A DNA stretch of 64,000 nucleotides from a bacterium (GCA_037130335.1 JBAXTD010000001.1:103419-167418), one strand, 5' to 3'; counted from the stretch's first letter, positions 53,356 to 62,728 are shown. A program made the numbers and translations. The notes: generated by a model from the sequence alone, not told the origin.

Positions 53356-53979
53356 ATGACCAGAGAAGGTCACCACCTTTTGTGGTCATCAATAAAATCT
53401 CAAATAATGGAAATTATATATAAGAGTAATTCGACTATGGACTTTGCCACTCGCGTAAAGGAAACCATAACATATCTGGACACGGCGATTTTCGAAAAGC
53501 CCGCACGAGTGTCAATAAATACTGACGTGCGTTACGCGAATTTCGGCACTGGTGGATTCATGTCAAAAAGATTGCTATTCAGATTGCTTGGATTATCTGA
53601 TGACTATGTCATCTTTGAAAGAAGCAAGAAAATGGAAATTATAATGAAGATGGACTTCATGGCCACCTGCCTCGCCGCGCACGAAGTTCGGCATCGGTTC
53701 CAACATTACAACAAGAAGACGCTCATCACTTTTGATTTTCTACAGAAGAATAAGATTCTTACTGAACCGGCACTCGCGCACATTCAGAAAGGAAACTATG
53801 ATCTGTACGGAAAAGACAAAGAGATGTATGGGCGCGAGTTTGATGCCTCGGCGATCGAGACGATAATCTCCGGTTGCTCCAAGGCTAAGAATTTCACGAT
53901 GAACGACGTGATTGATTTGATAAAGTGCAATGAAAGCACAATTAGTCAGATTGTCTCTGGAATTGCTAAGCGAAGGTAA
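53356..53979 (+). CDS. Putative zinc metallopeptidase (HExxH)
   Basis: AAHEVRHRFQ and downstream EFDA; start uncertain. Confidence 0.55.
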   Translation: MTREGHHLLWSSIKSQIMEIIYKSNSTMDFATRVKETITYLDTAIFEKPARVSINTDVRYANFGTGGFMSKRLLFRLLGLSDDYVIFERSKKMEIIMKMDFMATCLAAHEVRHRFQHYNKKTLITFDFLQKNKILTEPALAHIQKGNYDLYGKDKEMYGREFDASAIETIISGCSKAKNFTMNDVIDLIKCNESTISQIVSGIAKRR

Positions 53980-54029
53980 GTTGTTCTCAGTCAAGAAAAT
54001 CCCAAAGCCAACCATTTCGGTTGGCTTTT

Positions 54030-54227
54030 TTACTTTTCTATTTTGGTAAAGCGAAACGCGATAAATGAGAGGTAGAAAAGAACGAGCATTTCGATCCATG
54101 TCATCCAGAGCGGATAGGTCATGCCGCCGAGGCTGATTTCAAATCCGGTCATGATACGGAGCAGGTGAATAAATCCGCCGAAGAAAAAGAGGACTGTGGA
54201 AATATAGAAAAATATTTTCTTGTTCAT
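54030..54227 (-). CDS. Small two-TM membrane protein
   Basis: IHLLRI...GG...PLW motif. Confidence 0.55.
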   Translation of the reverse strand: MNKKIFFYISTVLFFFGGFIHLLRIMTGFEISLGGMTYPLWMTWIEMLVLFYLSFIAFRFTKIEK

Positions 54228-54286
54228 GGATACAAGAATAGCATATCTAAAAAACGCCATATGTGTGTACACATTACCACGGTCTA

Positions 54287-55215
54287 CGTATTGTAACCAA
54301 TAGCTTCACACCACCTGCATTGGAGTTAAGTAATTAATCCCTCCATGAACTCGTTTGTTGTTGTAATATTTTAAATACTTTTTAAGTGCACAATTAATTT
54401 CCGAAACATCATTTGAAATTTTGTCTAAACATTCTTCTTGTACTGTTCGATTGAATCTTTCAACATGTGCATTGTCATTCGGTTTTCCGATTCGGGTATA
54501 CCGATGATTTTTCTGTATTTGAGTTACAAACCATTTCCCAAACTCCGGTCCGTGATCCGATTGTAGCATTTTGAATTTGAATGAAGAATGTCGTTGCGCT
54601 TCATTCACAAACCGTATTGTGGTTTGTGAATTCATTTTTGCATATGCTTTTGCATATACCCAACGTGAATATGTATCAATGATGACAAAAACATACAGAC
54701 GTTTCTTCTCCGATATCATCCGATGGATTGTATCAATCTCTAGTAAATCGCCTGATTTCAAGGCGTATGGGCGGTCTACATGCGGATGATATCGTTTCCA
54801 AGGACTTCGTTTCTTCGTTAAATATTTTCGATCGAGTGTTCTTTTTACAGACGAAAGAGAAACTGTTACTCCATCATTTTCTAACTCTTTGTGAACTGCT
54901 TCTGCATATCGATTGTGTTCCAATCTTTTCTTTACGATTTTTCTGACGATATTTTCTGGTAGGGCATTCGGATGTGATTTTGGTTTTGAACTTTTTGTTA
55001 GTATTGGGTGGTCTCCAATGATTCTTGATTTTCGTACCCATTCGGTAATCGCTGTATGATGGAAACCCAGATATCTTCCGACCTTTCTTGCACTCCAACC
55101 TTTATGGACGAGACGCGCTGCGTCTCGTCTGATTCGTGGCATGTTTTTGTTTGATGTGTATGGCATGCTTGATATGGTAATCCAGCGGGTGGTGCCAAGC
55201 TATTGAACCTATACG
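54287..55215 (-). mobile_element. IS481-family insertion sequence (929 bp)
   Basis: Imperfect IRs CGTATTGTAACCAATAGCTTCACACCACC / rc CGTATAGGTTCAATAGCTTGGCACCACC; 6-bp direct repeats GGTCTA at 54281-54286 and 55216-55221. Confidence 0.85.
54306..55166 (-). CDS. IS481-family DDE transposase
   Basis: N-terminal HTH; EIDT, QSDHGPEF and NAHVERFNRT integrase core. Confidence 0.9.
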   Translation of the reverse strand: MPYTSNKNMPRIRRDAARLVHKGWSARKVGRYLGFHHTAITEWVRKSRIIGDHPILTKSSKPKSHPNALPENIVRKIVKKRLEHNRYAEAVHKELENDGVTVSLSSVKRTLDRKYLTKKRSPWKRYHPHVDRPYALKSGDLLEIDTIHRMISEKKRLYVFVIIDTYSRWVYAKAYAKMNSQTTIRFVNEAQRHSSFKFKMLQSDHGPEFGKWFVTQIQKNHRYTRIGKPNDNAHVERFNRTVQEECLDKISNDVSEINCALKKYLKYYNNKRVHGGINYLTPMQVV

Positions 55216-55221
55216 GGTCTA

Positions 55222-55250
55222 TTGACATTCTATACATTATATGATAATAT
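55222..55250 (+). promoter_or_regulatory. Consensus sigma70 promoter
   Basis: TTGACA-17 nt-TATAAT with extended -10 TG. Confidence 0.75.
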
Positions 55251-55290
55251 ACCAGCGATAAATGTTCACTCACAATTAAATATATAACTC

Positions 55291-56037
55291 ATGAAATCAA
55301 TTCTTTTTTGCACCGCTATTTTGATTGTTACTCTTTCTGCTTGTCAGAATGCAAAAGACCCATATGCAGCGACTGTCGATTTTTCAAAACCCGCTGCATC
55401 GAATGCCGATTTTATATTTTCCACCTGCCAGGGTAAGACCCTTCTTGTGGCAGACGCCGCAAGCGCACAAAAAGTTAGTGATAACCTGAAAGCGAAAACC
55501 GGCGGAATATTGTCGGACATGGGAATTGGGAATGCATTTGCGCTTACTTTGCAGGGAAAAACATATTTATGTACTGCAAGGCACGGCGCGGTTGGATTGG
55601 AAAAATATACCAGAACCATCGGGGCGGATATTGCGTTGATAGATTATAACGCCATACCGAACCATGATCTTGGTACAGGATTTCAACTGACCAGCTCGTA
55701 CGAAATGGATACGACCATCCGCACAGGAGACTCGATATTCATTAAGGGATACCTCTTTACCAAAGAGGGAGAGCTGCAAACCGTAACCATCGGCGGCAAA
55801 GGAAAAATAATAGACAAGACTGAGTACGGGAAAAATGTAAGTTTTGGTACTAACGCGCAATACATGCAGCAGCATGAGCTCGTTATCAAGCTTGGTGAGA
55901 ATGTTGAATTGGCAGGTCTTTCTGGCTCTCCGGCATTCAATGCACAAGGGAAGGTGATCGGTGTTTACTCTGGGAGAACCATAGACCAGGACCATGGCAC
56001 TGATACCTACTACATCCGAGTCTCGCTATTTAACTGA
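55291..56037 (+). CDS. Trypsin-like serine protease lipoprotein
   Basis: LSAC lipobox; TARH, ADIAL and GLSGSP...G.VIGV triad motifs. Confidence 0.75.
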   Translation: MKSILFCTAILIVTLSACQNAKDPYAATVDFSKPAASNADFIFSTCQGKTLLVADAASAQKVSDNLKAKTGGILSDMGIGNAFALTLQGKTYLCTARHGAVGLEKYTRTIGADIALIDYNAIPNHDLGTGFQLTSSYEMDTTIRTGDSIFIKGYLFTKEGELQTVTIGGKGKIIDKTEYGKNVSFGTNAQYMQQHELVIKLGENVELAGLSGSPAFNAQGKVIGVYSGRTIDQDHGTDTYYIRVSLFN

Positions 56038-56232
56038 TCTGCATCGGGCGACACAATTAAGACCATACTTCTGTATGGTCTTTTCTTATAGAGTTTTCTT
56101 AACTGCACGCCGACACCCGAATATTTTTTGTGTGCTAGAATAGGGAACATGACCACCGAAAAACAGACTATTTTAGCTTTCCCATTAGTACAACATGTCA
56201 AGAATTGTCACGGGAAATAAAAACTTTTTTTT

Positions 56233-56553
56233 ATGGAATCAAATAATGTAAAACTAGTTATATTTGTTCCACTTTCCCATGCCGACATTGTACGTGAAGT
56301 CTTGGGGAAAACGGGCGCTGGAAAAATTGGCAATTATGAATTCTGCTCATTCTCTACTCGAGGAATAGGGCGTTTTCGTGGAAACAAAAATTCGAATCCA
56401 TCAATCGGACAAGCTGGAAATTTTGAATCAGTCGAAGAAGAACGAATTGAAGTTATTGTTCCAAGAAAAATTTTAAATGATGTGATTGAAAAAATAAAAG
56501 CAGTGCATCCATACGAGGAAGTTGCGTATGATGTATATTCACTCGAGAATTAA
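56233..56553 (+). CDS. YqfO/NIF3 insert-like protein
   Basis: KLVIFVP, GAGKIGNY..CSF and HPYEEVAYD. Confidence 0.85.
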   Translation: MESNNVKLVIFVPLSHADIVREVLGKTGAGKIGNYEFCSFSTRGIGRFRGNKNSNPSIGQAGNFESVEEERIEVIVPRKILNDVIEKIKAVHPYEEVAYDVYSLEN

Positions 56554-56556
56554 TAT

Positions 56557-57084
56557 ATGAAAAAATTTCTTTGTAATCAAAATGAAATTTTCTGGCTCCC
56601 AAAGGAATTCAAAGCCGATGTTGAAACCTATCTTTCAGATGAATTGCCTCCGCTTGAATTGTGTCCATCGTCATATGCGCTCGTATTCAAAGACAGAGCG
56701 CTTCTCCAGACTGATTTACGAGAAGGAGAACGACCAGCAAGAACTTTAGATATCCCCGGTGGGCATATTGATGAAGGAGAAACACCCGAGCAGGCTGTTA
56801 TTCGAGAAATATTTGAGGAAACTGGTGTTCGTGTTCAGTCTCTCAAGCTCGTTGCCTATAAAAAAATAACAATACATACTCCAAAACCTGAAGGGTATAA
56901 ATATCCATACCCAGTAAGTTATATGATATATTATATTGCAGAATTTTCCGAAGAAATTCCCTTTGAAGGTAATGCTGAAGTCCACGGTCGCGTATGGCTT
57001 GAATTAGATAAATATCAAAAATCTCCATGGTATATGAGTGAAAAAATTATGGTTGATGAGATTATTAAAGAATATTTAAAATAA
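56557..57084 (+). CDS. NUDIX hydrolase
   Basis: PGGHIDEGETPEQAVIREIFEETG. Confidence 0.85.
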   Translation: MKKFLCNQNEIFWLPKEFKADVETYLSDELPPLELCPSSYALVFKDRALLQTDLREGERPARTLDIPGGHIDEGETPEQAVIREIFEETGVRVQSLKLVAYKKITIHTPKPEGYKYPYPVSYMIYYIAEFSEEIPFEGNAEVHGRVWLELDKYQKSPWYMSEKIMVDEIIKEYLK

Positions 57085-57087
57085 TTC

Positions 57088-57585
57088 ATGCAAAGAATTT
57101 CAATTGTTGGAATATCAGGTTCGGGTAAATCGACACTCGCAAACAATCTTGGTAAAAAATTAAATTTACCAGTTTTTCATCTCGACAAATATTTTTGGAA
57201 TGCTGACTGGACGGAACGTTATACAACAAAAGATGAATTTAATATTGTTGCAAAAAGTTTTGCAGAAAAAGATTCCTGGATTATAGATGGAAATTATCGG
57301 GGTACGATTGATTTTCGTTTTGAGAGAGCTGATACAATCATCTTTCTCGATTTTCCAAAATGGAGATGTTTACTGAGAGCTTTTCTCAGGTCTTTCAGTA
57401 AGGAAAAACCATTTGATAAACCAGAAGGTGCAAAAGAAAAAATTGATTGGTTTTTGGTTAGATGGATATTAAAATACAAGAGTGTGGAGATGCGAAATAA
57501 AGTTTTGAATTACAAAGATACAAAGAATGTATATATCGTTCGAAATAATCGAGAAATTAATAAAATATTATCTGATTTAATATAA
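57088..57585 (+). CDS. FlaR/topology-modulation-type P-loop kinase
   Basis: GISGSGKSTLA, HLDKYFW, WIIDGNY and RADTIIFLD. Confidence 0.85.
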   Translation: MQRISIVGISGSGKSTLANNLGKKLNLPVFHLDKYFWNADWTERYTTKDEFNIVAKSFAEKDSWIIDGNYRGTIDFRFERADTIIFLDFPKWRCLLRAFLRSFSKEKPFDKPEGAKEKIDWFLVRWILKYKSVEMRNKVLNYKDTKNVYIVRNNREINKILSDLI

Positions 57586-57588
57586 TTT

Positions 57589-58086
57589 ATGCAAACAATC
57601 CGGGAAAATTACAAAGGTTATGGTGGGGTTGAATATATTTTTGAATATACCGATGCGGATTCGTTTGATCACCTCGAGTATTCACATGTGCGACAGGCGT
57701 ACGGAGTGTGTTTTTGTGATGACAAAATCGTAATTGGTTTTGGTGGCAACAAACATGCCTGGGGATTGATCGGCGGTACGGTGGAAGCAGGCGAAACATA
57801 TGAGAAGACACTCATCCGAGAAATCCAAGAAGAATCCAACATGGAAGTTTTGAAATGTGTCCCGATCGGATATCAAAAAGCAACCGATACTCGTGATGGC
57901 AGTTTTATTTATCAACTCAGGTACGCATGCATCGCGCGTCCGTATGGGCCATTTGTTTCTGATCCTGCACGAGGCGTAACAGAAATAAAATTAATTGATC
58001 CAAAAGACTATAAAAATTATTTTGATTGGGGAAAGATCGGTGAGAGAATTATTGAGCGAGCATTAGAATTAAAAAATACATTATAA
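57589..58086 (+). CDS. NUDIX hydrolase
   Basis: GGTVEAGETYEKTLIREIQEESN. Confidence 0.85.
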   Translation: MQTIRENYKGYGGVEYIFEYTDADSFDHLEYSHVRQAYGVCFCDDKIVIGFGGNKHAWGLIGGTVEAGETYEKTLIREIQEESNMEVLKCVPIGYQKATDTRDGSFIYQLRYACIARPYGPFVSDPARGVTEIKLIDPKDYKNYFDWGKIGERIIERALELKNTL

Positions 58087-58125
58087 AATTCCCATACGTG
58101 TTTTTTTGCGGTAAAATACAATCTC

Positions 58126-59331
58126 ATGAAAGAATACATGCTCAAACTTTGGGATAGTGGTGATATTCCGCACGAGGCAAAATTACTTACGCGTATTACA
58201 TCCATTCGCTGGATTGGATGGGGATTTGCAGAGTCACTTGTCCCTGTTTTTTTGTATTCATTTGGTCATTCATTTGCTGATGCAGGACTTTTGCGTTCGG
58301 CCTACGACATTGCATTTATCATTGCACTTCCGCTCGTGGGTGTATTTGCAGATAGAATGAGAGCAACGACGCTTGTACTTATTGGGCTTTGTCTATATGT
58401 TTTTTGTGGAACATCATATTTTTTGGCAGGAATGACAGGACTTGTTGTTTTTGTTGTGTTTGCTCGTGCAATTCACGGTGTTTCATTTGCGCTCGATGCC
58501 GTCGGTCGCAACACCTGTATTCGCAGACATACACCTGCGTCGAAACTCGCAACAGTTTTTGGGTATTTTGATACAGTTGCGTATTTTTGGTGGATGGTAG
58601 CTGCGTGTGTCGGTATGTTTTTGATAAAATATATTTCAATTCCGAATCTTTTGTTTTTGGTTGCGCCGACATCACTTATTTCAATTATCATTCTTGTCAG
58701 GTATAGAAAACAAAAAATCGAGCGTTCGACAAGTGTAGAAAGGGAAGTAGCTTCTGTCTCGTCTATTTTTAAGGAGTTGAAATTCTGGGATACCAAACTC
58801 AAAAGCTTACTGCTTTTTAATTTTTTTATTGCATTTACTGGAGCAATCGTTGTATTTTTTCTTCCAATTCAAGCATACATAAATGGGGATGGATATAATT
58901 CAGTAATTCTTATGGGAATTATTGTGGTGCTACCTACGATCTTTAGTTGGCGGTTGGGTAAGTTATTTGACGGTCGTGGTGCACAAATTTTTACTAAAAT
59001 TTTATTTTTATTTGCCGGGCTTATTTTTTCGCTTGTATTTTTTCAAACATATATATGGCAACTCGTGGTTCTTTTCCTTGTGAGTCTTATTATTGAATTA
59101 CTTTCTTTGGGTACAAACGAAATGATGACAGTGTATGCCAAACCCGAACATTTCGGTCGGGTCGATGGAATCATGCGAAGCGTTGCCGACATTGGCAGTA
59201 TGATTGGTCCACTTTTGATTGGTATTATTATGGATTCATATGGAGTGCCTATTGCATATTCAGTATTGGGAACAATAATTCTTGCACTCGCAATTATGTT
59301 TTATGTTACACTCAGTAGAAATAAACAATAA
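58126..59331 (+). CDS. MFS transporter
   Basis: About 12 TM segments; GVFADRM and IGSMIGPLLIG. Confidence 0.85.
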   Translation: MKEYMLKLWDSGDIPHEAKLLTRITSIRWIGWGFAESLVPVFLYSFGHSFADAGLLRSAYDIAFIIALPLVGVFADRMRATTLVLIGLCLYVFCGTSYFLAGMTGLVVFVVFARAIHGVSFALDAVGRNTCIRRHTPASKLATVFGYFDTVAYFWWMVAACVGMFLIKYISIPNLLFLVAPTSLISIIILVRYRKQKIERSTSVEREVASVSSIFKELKFWDTKLKSLLLFNFFIAFTGAIVVFFLPIQAYINGDGYNSVILMGIIVVLPTIFSWRLGKLFDGRGAQIFTKILFLFAGLIFSLVFFQTYIWQLVVLFLVSLIIELLSLGTNEMMTVYAKPEHFGRVDGIMRSVADIGSMIGPLLIGIIMDSYGVPIAYSVLGTIILALAIMFYVTLSRNKQ

Positions 59332-59360
59332 AAAACACCCATATGGGTGTTTTTTATTGT

Positions 59361-59663
59361 TTATTTCTTTAGTATCTTTTTTGTTATTTTCTTTGCTTTT
59401 GAAATTTCCTTTTTGGCGTTTTTTTCTATTTTTTTGACTGCTTCAATGAATTTTTTATCGGCATTTTTTATCATTGGTTTTGCTTTACGTTCTAGTTTTT
59501 GTTCCATGCCTTTGATTAGGGTTGCGGCTTTTTTTTGATGTGCCTTACCTTTTGGTCCCATGAAATAATACGCACCTGCACTTACTGCTGCGACACCTGC
59601 ACCGATTGCCGCTATTTTTCCGGCTGACATTCCATTCTTTTTGACTTGTTTCTTTTGTGCCAT
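59361..59663 (-). CDS. YtxH-like basic membrane-anchored protein
   Basis: G/A-rich TM followed by YYFMGPKGK and a Lys-rich coiled tail. Confidence 0.6.
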   Translation of the reverse strand: MAQKKQVKKNGMSAGKIAAIGAGVAAVSAGAYYFMGPKGKAHQKKAATLIKGMEQKLERKAKPMIKNADKKFIEAVKKIEKNAKKEISKAKKITKKILKK

Positions 59664-59709
59664 ATATTTATGTATTATCTTTTAATAGTAAAAACTTATT
59701 GATTATAAG

Positions 59710-59967
59710 CTATTCCTTGGTTTTTTTGTGTCTGTGTTGTTTGCCAAATATAAATTGAAATAATCGACTTTCCTTTATTTCCCACAAAACATCTTCAGTG
59801 GCGTCACCAATTCTATCAATATCCTTTTCTACCTTTTTCATGATTCGCGAGAAGGTATGCATGATGCGGATAAGGTAGGCGAGGAGGATTGCGATCAAAA
59901 TCCATAAAAAAACGAAGCCAACGGACGAAATAAAAAAGAAAACTTCTGAATTTGTAGCTGTGTTCAT
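59710..59967 (-). CDS. Small membrane protein (DUF948-like)
   Basis: Single TM plus coiled segment; paired with the YtxH-like gene. Confidence 0.55.
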   Translation of the reverse strand: MNTATNSEVFFFISSVGFVFLWILIAILLAYLIRIMHTFSRIMKKVEKDIDRIGDATEDVLWEIKESRLFQFIFGKQHRHKKTKE

Positions 59968-60109
59968 GTATACATTGTACTCTTTCTTGAATGAAATGCT
60001 ACATATGGGCGACAGGGGAATCAACAGGCTACATACTACGCATTATTTATTGCCAAAGTGTCAAGGTTTGTATTGCAAAAAACCCTTATAAAATAAGGGT
60101 TTTTTGCCT

Positions 60110-60168
60110 TTGACAACAACAAAAAGTGTTGTATAACTATTGACTTTTGTTCTCGTTTGTGATACTAT
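60110..60168 (+). promoter_or_regulatory. Tandem sigma70 promoters
   Basis: TTGACA-16-TATAAC and TTGACT-17-TACTAT. Confidence 0.6.
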
Positions 60169-60287
60169 ATAGGGGAATCTGAATATGGTAAGAAACGAAA
60201 GTTTATTGCTATGTACAGATTTTTTTGTTTCCCGTGCATGGGAAACTAAATATCAGTTTTAAGTTGGCGAAGCGTAATCGCTACATT

Positions 60288-60899
60288 ATGCACAAGTATT
60301 TTAAAAATTCCCTGCAGGCTCTCGTTGCTTTTCCTGTAATAGCAACTACCCTTGTAAGTCCATTTTCCGGGACAACACTTGGGTCACCCACTGCAGCAGT
60401 TATATCTCCCGACACAAACAGGCCCCTTTCTTCAATGGTCACTGTTAACCAACAGTCTGCCGACCTTGATGTAAAGGCTCAAAAAATTGACGCATTCTTT
60501 GCACAACGTAAACTTCCGATGGTAGGTCAAGGTAAAAAACTTGCCGCTGCCGCTGAGAAGAATGATTTGCCTTGGACTCTTATTGCCTCGATGGCAGTTA
60601 TAGAATCAACAGCTGGTGTACATGCTTGTCCAGATAACAAATACAATGTTTTCGGATGGGGTTCATGTCACGGTGAAAAGTTTGATTCATATGATGATGC
60701 AATCGATACGGTTGCAAAAGCCGTTGCTGGTAATAGTGATCAGACAAAGAGATATTATGAGGGTAAAAATCTTCCGGATATTTTGGAAACTTATAACGGT
60801 AGTGCAAACCCTGACTATGTTAAAAATACAATGTGGGTCATGAATCAGATTGAGCAACAGCCGATTGCAACAAATTTATCAGGTTCAACAAACAGTTAA
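60288..60899 (+). CDS. Secreted lysozyme-like / glucosaminidase-like protein
   Basis: AMAVIEST.G-type catalytic Glu (SMAVIESTAG), YNVFGWG, F.SYDDAI and YN...Y. Confidence 0.7.
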   Translation: MHKYFKNSLQALVAFPVIATTLVSPFSGTTLGSPTAAVISPDTNRPLSSMVTVNQQSADLDVKAQKIDAFFAQRKLPMVGQGKKLAAAAEKNDLPWTLIASMAVIESTAGVHACPDNKYNVFGWGSCHGEKFDSYDDAIDTVAKAVAGNSDQTKRYYEGKNLPDILETYNGSANPDYVKNTMWVMNQIEQQPIATNLSGSTNS

Positions 60900-60918
60900 T
60901 TACTAGTTCGGCTAAAAA

Positions 60919-60962
60919 TACAAAATGCCTCGCAAAGCAAAGCTTTGCGAGGCATTTTGTAT
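60919..60962. terminator. Bidirectional terminator
   Basis: ATACAAAATGCCTCGCAAAGC/GCTTTGCGAGGCATTTTGTAT. Confidence 0.7.
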
Positions 60963-60972
60963 TTTATTGCAG

Positions 60973-61671
60973 TTACTTACATCCAAGATAGCATACGACA
61001 ATAGCAGCTGTCTCTGCGCGTAGGGTTAGCTCGCCAAGCGATGCAATCGTACAACCTGAGTCTTTGGCACTCAAAACTTCCTTGTCTCCAAAACCGCCTT
61101 CTGGGCCCACAAATAGGTTTATTGTGTTTAGATTTGATATAGAATCTTTTTCATTTAAATTTTTACCACTTCCGTCGAAAAGTATCGTGTGTTTTGGATC
61201 GATTGATTTGATTGCTTGTTCAAACGATATTGGTTCAGATAGTTCTGGAACTGTTGTACGGCCGGATTGTTCGCATGCCTCGAGGATTATTTTTTCGAGA
61301 CGAGCTTTATTGAAACCAATTTTGACTGTTCGTTCCGTGAGAAGGGGGACGATTCTTGAAATACCAATTTCGGTCGCTTTTTGGACAACGATTTCGAAAT
61401 TTTCTCGACGGAGAAGTGATGCGTATAATGTAACTTCTTTTTGTGTTCCGCGAATGATTTTTTTGCGAGTAAGTACGGCTAGTGTTGTAGATTTTTTGTT
61501 CATATCTTCGATTATGGCTTCACTTTCAGTGCCGTTGCCGTCAGACAAAATTACTTTGTCTCCAGTTTTGAGGCGAAGCACAGAATGCCATTGCGAAATA
61601 AGATGCAGGTCGGTGACATTAATTAGGTCGTGCTCGAGGTTGAATGCGCCAATAAATCGATGATATCTCAT
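60973..61671 (-). CDS. rsmE: 16S rRNA m3U1498 methyltransferase
   Basis: VLRL..GD, QKATEIG, EACEQSGR, VGPEGGF and LRAETA. Confidence 0.93.
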   Translation of the reverse strand: MRYHRFIGAFNLEHDLINVTDLHLISQWHSVLRLKTGDKVILSDGNGTESEAIIEDMNKKSTTLAVLTRKKIIRGTQKEVTLYASLLRRENFEIVVQKATEIGISRIVPLLTERTVKIGFNKARLEKIILEACEQSGRTTVPELSEPISFEQAIKSIDPKHTILFDGSGKNLNEKDSISNLNTINLFVGPEGGFGDKEVLSAKDSGCTIASLGELTLRAETAAIVVCYLGCK

Positions 61672-61682
61672 ATGTTTGGCTA

Positions 61683-62312
61683 CTATATCACATTTGTGGC
61701 TCTAATTTCTATATCGTCGGCTTTGCGTAAATTTCTGATCATTTTGGGCGTGAGGATGTTTTGGTGAGGTGAATCATCAAGTGCACATGCGATTTCATAC
61801 AAATCAGCGTCGCTTGTTATCCATTCGATACCAAATTTTTTAAAAATAGGAAATTTATTCGAAAAACTGCGCAAGTTTTTTTTGCCATCGCTTAGAAAAT
61901 ATTCGTGAAAATATGACATCGCAATTTCGCGCGCTGATAGATAAATTGGTTCGCGAAATCGAAGTACTGAATGGTTTGTTTTTGAAATTGACCCAATATG
62001 TCCGTCTATTACAAAAAGTGCAACAACATGATCAGAGTCGATATTGTTTTTTGTATCAACTTTTAAATCAAGTAAATATGTTTCATATCCATGATATGCA
62101 AGCATTACGCATGCAAGCAGTGCGCCTTCTATACAGCTTGCTTCGTTTTTTGAGATAGTGGCGCGAGGGGAGCGGACAATTGGTTCATTGTCGTCGTGTC
62201 GCATTGGAATTGAGTTGATATAATCCTGAATTTTTGAAGGAGTGGAGTATTTGTCAAAAATTTTTATTTCATTTTTACTCAATATTTTTTGGAGAGAAAT
62301 TTTTTTCACCAT
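61683..62312 (-). CDS. Conserved hypothetical protein (transglutaminase-like triad candidate)
   Basis: TPSKIQDY, SCIEGALLA, DHVVALF and MSYFHEY. Confidence 0.7.
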   Translation of the reverse strand: MVKKISLQKILSKNEIKIFDKYSTPSKIQDYINSIPMRHDDNEPIVRSPRATISKNEASCIEGALLACVMLAYHGYETYLLDLKVDTKNNIDSDHVVALFVIDGHIGSISKTNHSVLRFREPIYLSAREIAMSYFHEYFLSDGKKNLRSFSNKFPIFKKFGIEWITSDADLYEIACALDDSPHQNILTPKMIRNLRKADDIEIRATNVI

Positions 62313-62382
62313 GTATACATTTTACCTTAAAATTAAAAAATCACTTACCGGAAAAATTAAGTGATTTTTTAATGCTATGAAT

Positions 62383-62514
62383 CTATTTTGCTCGTTTCTT
62401 TGGATTAGATTTTTTTGCAGAAAGCATTGCTCTTTTTGCTGTAAGGCGCTTCGCAGTTTTATGCGGACCTTTTGGCATTTTTTTTGGGCTTACGCTTGTT
62501 TTTCTTTTTGCCAT
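62383..62514 (-). CDS. 43-aa highly basic microprotein (absent from ORF track)
   Basis: MAKRKTSVSPKKMPKGPHKTAKRLTAKRAMLSAKKSNPKKRAK*; TATAAT upstream (~62589-62594); terminator 62332-62373. Confidence 0.65.
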   Translation of the reverse strand: MAKRKTSVSPKKMPKGPHKTAKRLTAKRAMLSAKKSNPKKRAK

Positions 62515-62728
62515 TTTACTTTGCGAAATCATACTGTATGACGTCGACCGAAACACAGTACAATATGCTTATTAATAATATAGTTTAATTATACTACATA
62601 AATAACAAAATAAACCATATACTAAGTGTTTTTTGTAATACAAAACAATTTAATTTGAATTTTGTCAAATAATATGATATACTTGCGTGAGGTACATATA
62701 TTAATAATAATTTATACGAAATAATTTT

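Larger units (their letters stand above)
42311..56201. mobile_element. 13.9-kb serine-integrase genomic island inserted in the secA 3' end
   Basis: attL 42310-42321 CAAGAAGTGTCA and attR 56199-56210 CAAGAATTGTCA; displaced secA tail AAG AAT TGT CAC GGG AAA TAA at 56200-56220; visibly higher GC inside. Confidence 0.9.

Noticed and set aside
42311-56201. Island as prophage or conjugative element
   Set aside because: No structural, terminase, relaxase or T4SS genes are recognisable.
61064-61663. 199-aa plus-strand ORF and similar long antisense ORFs elsewhere
   Set aside because: Antisense shadows of well-supported genes (here rsmE).
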